Origin: Firmicutes bacterium CAG:345
Lineage (GTDB): Bacteria; Bacillota_I; Bacilli_A; RFN20; CAG-288
Direction: 5' to 3'
Assembly (NCBI GenBank): GCA_000433315.1
Contig: FR893375.1
Span: forward strand, 115,049 to 179,048
DNA length: 64,000 nt
The position numbers were made by a program, and so were the translations under genes. This document shows positions 22,671 through 31,647 of the stretch, one piece after another. The notes below the pieces were generated by a model, which was given only the letters and a program-made list of their open reading frames with translations, searched no databases and had not been told where the DNA came from. Numbering within the stretch: position 1 is the first letter of the stretch; every line of letters starts with the position of its first letter.

Positions 22671-24486
22671 AATAATAATAGATGTTGCTTTTTATCCCCT
22701 TGGCAGAATTATATAATTGAAAAGGTGTTAGGTCATCAGCTTTAAAAAAAGCATCACCATTTTTTTCATTTACTCTATTTGCTACTTTTTGAAACAATCT
22801 TTTAGCGGCTTTTTTATCATTTAAATATTGATCATCATCTTTACCCACATATACTCCTATTGTGGCATAAGGAGTGAATCCTATAACAAAACTTGCACTA
22901 TCTACAGTTCCAGTTTTTATTGCCATCTTCTTATTGACAGGGTAATAAAGCATAGTTGGAGCTGTATAAGAATTAAAACATGGATCAGTGCTTGCCCTTA
23001 GTAAATGACACATCACTAAAGATTCTTTAGGATTAAATAATTGAATTTTATTCGTTTCATTTTTCTTTTCATTTCTATTTATTTTATATGATGAATAATA
23101 GATAGGTTCTTGATATATACCTCCGCTTGCTAAAGAGTTATAAATCGAAGTAATTTTAATTAAACTTGTGGAAATACTTCCTAAATAATTAGAAACATTT
23201 TCCTCGATATCAATGACGACTTTTGCTAATCTATTCTTTAACATCTTTGATCCTAAAAGCAATCCTATTTTAGTAGAATAGATATTATCAGATGTTGCAA
23301 TTGCTTCAACCATTGTAATGTTTCTATTTGCATATTTGTTTCCGGCATTTTTAGGACTATAACTAACTCCATTTTCCAAATAAAATGTTGTTGGTTTAGA
23401 TAATATTTTTGTAAGCGGTGAAACCCCATGTTCCAAAGCAATTGTATAGAGTATTGGTTTTATAACTGAACCTATAATCTTATTTGAAAAAATAGCACGA
23501 TTGAAAGAAAAATCATTTATTCCTCCAATCAAAGCTTTAACTTTAAATGTATTAGGTTCCATAACAACAATACTTACTTCAGCATCTTTTTCAGTTACGC
23601 ATTCTTTAGCATATTTATAAATATCCTTTTCTAAATCAACATCTAAAAATGGATTTATCTCAAAAGAATTTGTTCGCAAATTTTGCTTTTTATTTAAAGA
23701 ATCTGCTATCGCTTGATAATAAGAAATATTAGGGTTGTTTTTATTTTCAATATTATCCTTATAAGGGTAATTATTTTTTAACTCACTTATTTCATCTATT
23801 TTTATATAGTGGCGATAATACAAATTATCAATAGCTTTTTCATAGATAATTTTTGACGTATTTATATTCTTTCTAGGTGAATAATTATTTGGAGAAGGCA
23901 AAAGACTTAATAAGAAAATAGACATTTGTTTTGTTGCAAATTTTCCTGAACAAGCAAAGTAACTTTGACAAGCTTTTTCAAACCCATATAAATTTTCGCC
24001 AAAATAAGCGGAATTTAAATATAACGTTATAATTTCTTTTTTTGATAAACTATTTTCTATTCTTCTTGCATAGTATAATTCTTCTAATTTTCGTGCATAT
24101 GATTTTTCATTATTTAGATATAAAATTCTAGCTAATTGTTGTGTTATTGTACTTCCGCCTCCAACAATTTTATTGCTGACAGTATTATCGATTAAACTTT
24201 TGACAATACGTTTTATATCGTATCCTTTATGGTTATAAAAATTTTGATCTTCTAATCCTATAAGATATTCAAAAACATAATTTGGTATTTCATCTTCAGT
24301 TAAATATTCTGTTATATTTCCATTTGAATAATAAATGTAATCATCTTTTTCTTTAATCAATATATATCCAGGTTTATCAATATATAATCTTCCTGATAAA
24401 GAAACAAAAGCTTCAAAACTAAAAAATGGAAGGAAAGCTAATAAAATACTTATTATTCCAAAATATATAAATATTCTTTTTTTCAT
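22669..24486 (-). CDS. Class A penicillin-binding protein (glycosyltransferase 51 + transpeptidase)
   Basis: GT51 motifs (EDQNFYNHKGYD, GGSTITQQLAR). Transpeptidase SxxK (SVIK) and KTGT. N-terminal TM anchor. Confidence 0.8.
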   Translation of the reverse strand: MKKRIFIYFGIISILLAFLPFFSFEAFVSLSGRLYIDKPGYILIKEKDDYIYYSNGNITEYLTEDEIPNYVFEYLIGLEDQNFYNHKGYDIKRIVKSLIDNTVSNKIVGGGSTITQQLARILYLNNEKSYARKLEELYYARRIENSLSKKEIITLYLNSAYFGENLYGFEKACQSYFACSGKFATKQMSIFLLSLLPSPNNYSPRKNINTSKIIYEKAIDNLYYRHYIKIDEISELKNNYPYKDNIENKNNPNISYYQAIADSLNKKQNLRTNSFEINPFLDVDLEKDIYKYAKECVTEKDAEVSIVVMEPNTFKVKALIGGINDFSFNRAIFSNKIIGSVIKPILYTIALEHGVSPLTKILSKPTTFYLENGVSYSPKNAGNKYANRNITMVEAIATSDNIYSTKIGLLLGSKMLKNRLAKVVIDIEENVSNYLGSISTSLIKITSIYNSLASGGIYQEPIYYSSYKINRNEKKNETNKIQLFNPKESLVMCHLLRASTDPCFNSYTAPTMLYYPVNKKMAIKTGTVDSASFVIGFTPYATIGVYVGKDDDQYLNDKKAAKRLFQKVANRVNEKNGDAFFKADDLTPFQLYNSAKGIKSNIYYY

Positions 24487-24579
24487 GTTTTTATTATGGT
24501 TGCTTTTTTATATTATAGACAAAAAGTATTAGCTTAAAAGCAACTATGTTATACTATTACAAGAAGAGGATGTTTAAAT

Positions 24580-25089
24580 ATGGAAACATTAAAACTAATA
24601 TTAATTTGTGTTTTAATAGTTATTGGAATTATTTTGTTCTTTCTTTTAATCTTCTACTTAATCGGTAACATTTATAATGGTCTAGTCAGAAGAAGAATGC
24701 GAGTAAAATCTTCTTGGTATGAAATAAATAAACTTTTCACAAAATTTTTTGAAATTCTACCTGAAGTAATAAAAACAAGTACAAATAAAGAGTTCAAAAA
24801 GAACACAAAGTGCATTTATCAAAATTGGAATAATTTAAAAAATAAAGATGATATTCTTTTTATCGCAAAAGAGTATTATAAATTTTTAGAAATATATTCT
24901 AAAAATAATGATTTGCAAAGCGATAATGACATTTATCTATTTATTGAAGAATACATTGATAAAATTAATTTTTCTATTCCTTTTTACAATGAAAATGTTG
25001 AAAACTATAATCATTTTAGAAAACTTCCAGCAAATATAATAATGGCAAAAATTTTCAAATTTTATCCAGCTACTCCAATTGAATTTTAA
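24580..25089 (+). CDS. LemA-like membrane protein
   Basis: An N-terminal TM helix followed by YNGLVRRRMRVKSSWYEI, resembling the LemA YNxLVxxRxxVxxAWSxI block. The rest is divergent. Confidence 0.45.
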   Translation: METLKLILICVLIVIGIILFFLLIFYLIGNIYNGLVRRRMRVKSSWYEINKLFTKFFEILPEVIKTSTNKEFKKNTKCIYQNWNNLKNKDDILFIAKEYYKFLEIYSKNNDLQSDNDIYLFIEEYIDKINFSIPFYNENVENYNHFRKLPANIIMAKIFKFYPATPIEF

Positions 25090-27419
25090 ATAAAGAAATC
25101 ATCAAAATAATTTTGAAAATCGAACACAAGTTCTTTTTCACTTGTAATTAATTCTTCATATCCAATCTTGATTTTTATATTATCTATATTTTCATCTTTA
25201 TAAATTACTATTTCATTTTCAGTTGTAAAAAATTTTTTATCATTATAAGAAACATGATAACCAATATTTCCATATATTTTTTTATAGACTTCATCATTGA
25301 TCAATTCATTGCTCATTTTAATGATATATCTATCATCATATTCAAATAAAACACCTTGCGGAGAATATTCTATAGGTAAAGGATAAATTTCTATATCTTT
25401 ATAATTAGGTAAAGTTGTCATCATCTGATATTCTTTCGGAATCAAATCATTTGGGTAATATAAATCATCAGCAAACTTAACAACATTAGTGTGAAATAAA
25501 TTATTGGACTCTGCAAAAGACTTTTTATTAGCAAGTTTTTTCATCATTTCTTTAAAGATATTTTTAGATATTTTTTTGCGATTATCTCCTTTATAAAAAT
25601 AAGACTTCTTATTTTCTTCTGGTTTATCAAATCCTGACCAAACTGCTAAACTATATTCTTCAGTAAATCCAACAACTAAAGAATCTTTATCACAATTTAT
25701 AGGAAATCCATATTTTTTACATATAGATAAAGGATATTGACCAGTACCAGTTTTTCCACCAACTTTTATGCCATTAAGTTTAATTTGATCTAATCCATTA
25801 TATCCATTATCAACATTATAAAGAAGCATTTCTCTTATTATATTTGAAGTTTCTTCATTGACAATTTTACTTTCTTTATTTTTATTTTCGTATAATATTT
25901 TTCCATCATGTGTGCATATTTTTGATATTAAACTCGGCTTAATATATGTACCATCTTTAGCAATCATACGATAACTAGCGGCTAAATTAATCAAACTAAT
26001 ACCTTCAGTCATTCCACCAAGTCCATAACTTTCTGTATAAGGACCTTCATCCATCAATCCTATATTATTCAAATAGTCTTCCAAATAATTTTCACCATAT
26101 TTTTTTGTTAATTCATTTAGAGCATTAATAGCTGTTGTATTTTTTGAATATCCAAAAGCATCTTGGAAAGTAATTTTTCCAACATAATTATTACCAGCAT
26201 TCTTTAAAGGAGTGCCATTCAAATAAAAAGTTTCTTCATCTAATAATGTCTTTGCTCGATGATAATCTAATTTTTCAACCGCTAAAAGATATTCAAAAAC
26301 TGGTTTTATCGTACTAGCTGGCATGACTTTTTTATCATATGCCCTATTAAATAATCTTCGTCCATTATAATTTCTACCACCGATTATAGCTGCAACTTGC
26401 CCAGATTCATTTTTTATTAGAGCAGCTCCTATCTGCACAATTTCATCACTAAAATTAACTATATTTCCATTTTGAATTTCATCAGCGATTATCTGTGCTG
26501 TTGGTTCCATATAAGTATAAATTTTCAATTGATCACTATATGGATCTAAGCCTGTCAATTTATATGTTTCCTCATATACAGCATCAATATAAGCCTGATA
26601 TGGCAAAGTATCTTCAGAAATATTTTTTTGGTATAAAATATCCTCGACATGTGTATTGATTGCTAAAATATACTCATTTTCACTAATAAGATTTAAATTT
26701 TTCATTCGAGATATTACCAAATTCTTTCTAGCATTGGCCTTTTCTGGATGCTTAAATGGTTCTATAGCACTTGGCGATTGAACAAGTCCAGCCAAAGTAG
26801 CGGATTCAACTAAGGATAAATCCTGAACTTTTTTATTAAAAAATTTACTAGAGGCATAACATATTCCAGGATAAACAGGATCGAAATTTACTCTATTAAA
26901 ATACATCTCTAGAATTTCTTTTTTGTCATATTCACTTTCTAAAGAAAGACTCAAAAGTAATTCTTTTATTTTTCTTTCAAAAGTCTTATCAGATGTTAAA
27001 AATAAATTTCTGGCCAATTGTTGAGTAATCGTAGAAGCGCCTTGAATATTCGAAGAAAAAATATTGTGAAATATAGAGCCAAAAACACGATGAATATCAA
27101 CTCCATCATGATAAAAAAATGTTGTATCTTCAATAGCAACTATTGCGTTTAAAAGCGATTGAGGTAATTCCTCATATTTTATTTGTCCTTGACTTTTTCC
27201 AACTTTTTGAATAACGTTCCCATTAATGTCATATATCTCACACGCATAGATTTCAGGATTTTTAACTAACTCTGGTTTTTTTAAATCACTGGAAGCAACA
27301 AATAAGTAACATGATGTAGCAAGAAACACTATAGTTATCGATATAGTATAAAAATTTACTAAAAAACTAACTAATTTTTTCCCTTTCTTCATCTTTAAAA
27401 TAAGCTGAATCCATCGCAT
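25086..27419 (-). CDS. ponA: Class A penicillin-binding protein PBP1 (recU-ponA operon)
   Basis: GT51 motifs (EDTTFFYHDGVD, GASTITQQLARN). Transpeptidase STIKP, SKN and KTGT. Downstream of and overlapping recU, as in B. subtilis. The alternative start at 27392 (MKKGKK) is possible. Confidence 0.85.
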   Translation of the reverse strand: MRWIQLILKMKKGKKLVSFLVNFYTISITIVFLATSCYLFVASSDLKKPELVKNPEIYACEIYDINGNVIQKVGKSQGQIKYEELPQSLLNAIVAIEDTTFFYHDGVDIHRVFGSIFHNIFSSNIQGASTITQQLARNLFLTSDKTFERKIKELLLSLSLESEYDKKEILEMYFNRVNFDPVYPGICYASSKFFNKKVQDLSLVESATLAGLVQSPSAIEPFKHPEKANARKNLVISRMKNLNLISENEYILAINTHVEDILYQKNISEDTLPYQAYIDAVYEETYKLTGLDPYSDQLKIYTYMEPTAQIIADEIQNGNIVNFSDEIVQIGAALIKNESGQVAAIIGGRNYNGRRLFNRAYDKKVMPASTIKPVFEYLLAVEKLDYHRAKTLLDEETFYLNGTPLKNAGNNYVGKITFQDAFGYSKNTTAINALNELTKKYGENYLEDYLNNIGLMDEGPYTESYGLGGMTEGISLINLAASYRMIAKDGTYIKPSLISKICTHDGKILYENKNKESKIVNEETSNIIREMLLYNVDNGYNGLDQIKLNGIKVGGKTGTGQYPLSICKKYGFPINCDKDSLVVGFTEEYSLAVWSGFDKPEENKKSYFYKGDNRKKISKNIFKEMMKKLANKKSFAESNNLFHTNVVKFADDLYYPNDLIPKEYQMMTTLPNYKDIEIYPLPIEYSPQGVLFEYDDRYIIKMSNELINDEVYKKIYGNIGYHVSYNDKKFFTTENEIVIYKDENIDNIKIKIGYEELITSEKELVFDFQNYFDDFFI

Positions 27420-27966
27420 CTAAAATTTTCAAACGCGGAACATAACTAGATTCAATTAAATATCCATTTTCTTTAGCATCATCATAATTTAATGAATTTT
27501 TCAACCCTTTATCTTTTAAATAAGTAATATATTTAATATCTATAAGATAAGTCTCATCTTTGGTCATAAATCTCAATAAAACAAAAGCTAAGCCGCCCAT
27601 AGAATCAACCATTTTCAAATGAGAATATTGATGATCACCTAATCTATCCAAAGAAAAAATATGTGTTTTTGTCTCTTTGCATTCAAAATCGATATACTTT
27701 GTCTTATACATTCCATTATAATCAGTTGTAGATTTAGCATCATAGTAAGCTTCAGTAATCATATGCGTATTTGTTTTGGACATTTTAAACACTCTAATAG
27801 GTGTTGGTTTTTTATAAAAAAAAGCTAGATTGTGCTCAATATAATATTGAGCACTTAATGCCACTTCTTTTTCTAAACTCATTCCCATATTTCTTCTATT
27901 TGTATTCGCATTTAAATTGTTTTTTTCTATAGAAATAGTTTTTTGACCATTAGGATACTTAATCAT
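27367..27966 (-). CDS. recU: Holliday junction resolvase RecU
   Basis: MIKYPNG N-terminus, NRRNMGMSLE, TTDYNGMYKTKYIDFECKET catalytic block. Confidence 0.9.
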   Translation of the reverse strand: MIKYPNGQKTISIEKNNLNANTNRRNMGMSLEKEVALSAQYYIEHNLAFFYKKPTPIRVFKMSKTNTHMITEAYYDAKSTTDYNGMYKTKYIDFECKETKTHIFSLDRLGDHQYSHLKMVDSMGGLAFVLLRFMTKDETYLIDIKYITYLKDKGLKNSLNYDDAKENGYLIESSYVPRLKILDAMDSAYFKDEEREKIS

Positions 27967-28006
27967 GCTTGTCCTTTCAAGATTATTTTCTATATTTTTT
28001 TATCAT

Positions 28007-28759
28007 TTATTCAAAATATTCTATCAATAATTCCATAAGTTTGTTTTTAGTTATAGTTTCGCCGTTAATTATCCTTTTTAAAATTTCAAACATAAAATTG
28101 GATTCTTTTAATTTATTAGAATCGTTCAATAAAATTTTTAAATAATTATCCGCTAAAATCTCTGGGCTTTTAGTCACTTTATCATAAAGATTTAAAAGAT
28201 TGAAAGCATCATTATAAGAATCATGTGCTTGTCCACAAGGAAGAACAGAAAAGATTTCCATCAATTTTAACTGGGAAAAAGCTTTTCCACCATTTTCCAT
28301 ATTTACAACATATCTTGAAATAAAAGTAGAAAAATCCCAAATTCTTTTTGCTAAAAACCATGAAGTAGAAAAAGCAACATCTCCTAAAGAATAAAATGAA
28401 GCAGTATATTTGAGCATGGTTTTATCCAAATTTCCAAAAACAACAACTCTTAAATTACTATCAAATGTTCCTAAAATTTTAGTCAACATTTTATTAGCTG
28501 TAGTATAATCAACTGCTTTTTCCGAAATTATATCTTCAGTTATTCCAGTCAAGTCTGTAACAACTTTGCCGACTTCTTCATGAGGCTTACAATAAACTTT
28601 AAGATGTTTAAAAGGAATAGAACGATCTATTCTTTTTTCATCATCTAAACTTACTAAGATTGCACCTATTTCTATTATTTCATGATGATATTGCGTTCCT
28701 TCGAGATCAAGGAATAATAGTTTATCTGTCTTTGGAAATTCATTTTGTAATATTTTCAT
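28007..28759 (-). CDS. DEDDh-type 3'-5' exonuclease domain protein
   Basis: ExoI LFLDLEGT, and a late H-x4-D-like AHDSYNDAFNL motif. 250 aa. Confidence 0.55.
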   Translation of the reverse strand: MKILQNEFPKTDKLLFLDLEGTQYHHEIIEIGAILVSLDDEKRIDRSIPFKHLKVYCKPHEEVGKVVTDLTGITEDIISEKAVDYTTANKMLTKILGTFDSNLRVVVFGNLDKTMLKYTASFYSLGDVAFSTSWFLAKRIWDFSTFISRYVVNMENGGKAFSQLKLMEIFSVLPCGQAHDSYNDAFNLLNLYDKVTKSPEILADNYLKILLNDSNKLKESNFMFEILKRIINGETITKNKLMELLIEYFE

Positions 28760-28866
28760 CGATAATTATTCTATGTTATACCTAAAATAAAATCAAGGAA
28801 TGACAATAGCCCGATAGCAATTTGAAATAAAACATATACATAAGTGAACAAGAAAGAAGGTGAAAA

Positions 28867-29376
28867 ATGTTCAATAATAACTGTGGTTGCCGAAATAGAC
28901 AATCCATGCCTTATATAAATTGTGAAAGTTACACTTTATCAATGCGTCCCGAATGTGAAATATCCGCTTTAACAATGAATTTAGTTCCTAATGTTTCAAC
29001 AGCGGTCGTATGTGAATTTGTAACTTATACATTAACTATTACTAATAATTGTTCTTCGAGTTTAACAAAGCCTATTCTCAATGTAAATTTAGGTAACTCT
29101 TTATGCTATAACAAAGGGACTTTAACTGTAGACGGCACAGCTAAAGCTGATGTAACATGCTTGCAGAATTTAGTTCTAGATGATTTAAACTCAGGAGCAA
29201 CAGTAACAATTACTTTCCAAGCTCGAGTAATGAACAGTAGACGTTATAACATTTGCAATGCTAGTTTAACATATGCCCTATCTTGTTGCTGTTTAACAAG
29301 ATGCTATAAAACTATTTCTAACGATGCGCTAGTACAAGTTTGTCAATGTTGTAGTTCACAGACTACTTCTGCATAA
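28867..29376 (+). CDS. Cysteine-rich DUF11-like (conserved repeat domain) protein, no signal peptide
   Basis: Central block VTYTLTITNN...LNSGATVTITFQARV resembles the DUF11 beta-sandwich repeat. Cys clusters sit at both termini (CGC at the N-terminus; CCC, CQCC at the C-terminus). GAAGGTG RBS and its own terminator. Confidence 0.5.
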   Translation: MFNNNCGCRNRQSMPYINCESYTLSMRPECEISALTMNLVPNVSTAVVCEFVTYTLTITNNCSSSLTKPILNVNLGNSLCYNKGTLTVDGTAKADVTCLQNLVLDDLNSGATVTITFQARVMNSRRYNICNASLTYALSCCCLTRCYKTISNDALVQVCQCCSSQTTSA

Positions 29377-29389
29377 TTAATAGTTTTTA

Positions 29390-29414
29390 AAGGTTGGCGA
29401 AAGCCAACTTTTTA
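29390..29414 (+). terminator. Rho-independent terminator after the Cys-rich ORF
   Basis: GTTGGC-GAAA-GCCAAC followed by TTTTTATTT. Confidence 0.7.
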
Positions 29415-29461
29415 TTTGTAATAAACTACCACCATAATCTTAAAATTGATATAATTTAAAT

Positions 29462-30154
29462 ATGAATATAGCAATTATATTAATGGCCGGGAAAGGCGAA
29501 AGAGCAGAAACTACCATTCCTAAACAATACATAATAATAGATGGAAAACCAATATATGAATATTGTCTTTTGCAATTTTATCGCAACAAAAATATCGATA
29601 AAATTATTTTAGTAACAGATAATATTTATTACGATAAGGTTAAAGATTATATTTCACTGCAAAAATATGATAATAAATGTGAAGTTACTATCGGGGGAAA
29701 AAGTCGGAAAGAAAGTGTTTTAAACGCTTTAATATATCTTGGAAATAAAATTGACAAAGAAGATATAGTTCTTGTTCACGATTCGGCCAGGCCATTAGTA
29801 GATGAAACAATTATAAATGACAATATTAAAGTTGCTTCTTGTAATAAAATTGCTGTTACTGCTATAAAAGCAACATCAACATTAGTTGAAATAGATACGG
29901 ATAATAAAAGTACTAAAAATTATTTAGATCGTTCAAAAATAATGGAAATCCAAACACCACAATCTTTTAAATTTTCTAAATTTTTAAAAGTAAGTGAATA
30001 TTATCGAGAAAAATCAGAACAAACAGATGATTCACAAATATTCTTTAAAGCAGGAGAAAAACTTGAATTTGTTAAAGGAAACTGCTTTAATTTTAAGATA
30101 ACTACAATGGAAGATATAAAACTTTTTATGACTATTATGAATTCTAAAATGTGA
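29462..30154 (+). CDS. ispD: IspD/TarI-family cytidylyltransferase (2-C-methyl-D-erythritol 4-phosphate or ribitol-5-phosphate)
   Basis: IILMAGKGERA...PKQY N-terminal nucleotide-binding motif, VLVHDSARP, about 230 aa. Confidence 0.7.
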   Translation: MNIAIILMAGKGERAETTIPKQYIIIDGKPIYEYCLLQFYRNKNIDKIILVTDNIYYDKVKDYISLQKYDNKCEVTIGGKSRKESVLNALIYLGNKIDKEDIVLVHDSARPLVDETIINDNIKVASCNKIAVTAIKATSTLVEIDTDNKSTKNYLDRSKIMEIQTPQSFKFSKFLKVSEYYREKSEQTDDSQIFFKAGEKLEFVKGNCFNFKITTMEDIKLFMTIMNSKM

Positions 30155-30162
30155 GGCTAATT

Positions 30163-31017
30163 ATGGAAACTGAAAAATTATTTATAGGTAAAACAAAAAA
30201 GCAATGGATAATAACGTTATCATTTATATTATTGCTATCACTTATTTCAATGTTGCAAATTTTGTTCAAATTTACTGATAGTACTATAACAATAATCGGT
30301 TATCAAATAGATGTTAATCTTTTAATTCAATCATCTATTATTGGATTAATTTTACCATTAGCATTAATTTTAGCTTCTTACTTTATTATCAAATATTTAA
30401 AGCCTCAAGAAAAAATATCCACCAGAAATATGATATGGGCAATTATACTTTTTATCTGTGGTCTAGCCGCCGAAATTGTTTTAAATTTAATTTTTATTTT
30501 CTATGCTAAATTGCCAGCTTTAGTATTTTTTCCAATCGATACCTTTATAGTTCTAATTTATACATACTTATGCTATGAATTGTGCTTTTTAGGGCACTTT
30601 GATGATCCTTCACGTTTTTTTGAAATATTTAGATTTGCTCTTGTCGGTGCAATTTCTGCAATATTCGATTTTTCTGTCACAAGCTTAATGCGTTTTGTAA
30701 TATTAAAAAATTTAGAAAATGCTTTTGCTATTTCGACAATTTCTGTTACATGTGGTTTTTTAGTCAGTGTTATAATCAACTATCTTTGTTCAATTACAAT
30801 GGTATTTAAAAATTCAACCGATAAAAACATTTCTAAAACTTCAAAAGGAGTCATTCTTTTTGTCTTTTTATCAGCTATCGGCCTTTTCATGGGCATGGGA
30901 TTAGAAGTAATTTTCTTTGATTTGCTATCTCTTCCTGAACCAGTATGCTTCATTATTAGAACATTAATAGTTCTTATCTGGAATTATGTTTCAAGAAAAC
31001 TATTTATCTTTAAATAA
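30163..31017 (+). CDS. Membrane protein with a C-terminal GtrA-like domain
   Basis: The C-terminal half (FRFALVGAISAIFDF...WNYVSRKLFIFK) matches the GtrA family pattern. Extra N-terminal TM helices. The tracked GTG start at 30151 is also possible. Confidence 0.6.
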   Translation: METEKLFIGKTKKQWIITLSFILLLSLISMLQILFKFTDSTITIIGYQIDVNLLIQSSIIGLILPLALILASYFIIKYLKPQEKISTRNMIWAIILFICGLAAEIVLNLIFIFYAKLPALVFFPIDTFIVLIYTYLCYELCFLGHFDDPSRFFEIFRFALVGAISAIFDFSVTSLMRFVILKNLENAFAISTISVTCGFLVSVIINYLCSITMVFKNSTDKNISKTSKGVILFVFLSAIGLFMGMGLEVIFFDLLSLPEPVCFIIRTLIVLIWNYVSRKLFIFK

Positions 31018-31104
31018 ATTAAAACATTAATAATTCATTTAAAGACTAAATTAATTTGTGCATTATTTTTTCACATTTTACCTATATAAAGTAGGAGGAA
31101 AAAT

Positions 31105-31647
31105 ATGTTCAAAATAATAATTGTAGCTTTAGTTGTAACAATAGCTGGCCTTTTCGTTTTAACTAAAATCGATCCCAGTAATTCTCAAAACAGTCAAGGA
31201 AATATTTCAACCGTATCACAAGCACAAATCGGCGAAGGACAAATTAAAGTAGTAATAACAGGGCAAATTGTATATCCAGGAGAATACATATGCAATAAAA
31301 CCGATACTTTAGGAAGTTTAATTCTTAAAGCAGGTGGAACATTGGATGATGCAGATAAAAACGCATTTAATGAAGATTTAGTTATCGGTGATCTCAATGA
31401 ATTTTATATCAGTCCTATAAGCAAAGCTCCAGATACATGTGTAATTGAAAATATTACTAAAGTAAATATAAATACTGCAGATAGTAAATCTTTGCAGAAA
31501 ATTGGTTTAAGTGCAACGTTAGCAGATGCTGTTATATCCTATAGACAAGCTAATGGAAATTTTAAGTCAATTGAAGAAATTAAAAAAGTATCTGGCATCG
31601 GAACTAAAACATTTCAAAACATTCGCGATTATATAACGATAAAGTGA
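31105..31647 (+). CDS. comEA: Competence protein ComEA (SLBB + helix-hairpin-helix DNA receptor)
   Basis: N-terminal TM helix, SLBB-like segment, and C-terminal VNINTA...LQKIGLS...SGIGTKTFQNI HhH motifs. Immediately upstream of comEC. Confidence 0.85.
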   Translation: MFKIIIVALVVTIAGLFVLTKIDPSNSQNSQGNISTVSQAQIGEGQIKVVITGQIVYPGEYICNKTDTLGSLILKAGGTLDDADKNAFNEDLVIGDLNEFYISPISKAPDTCVIENITKVNINTADSKSLQKIGLSATLADAVISYRQANGNFKSIEEIKKVSGIGTKTFQNIRDYITIK

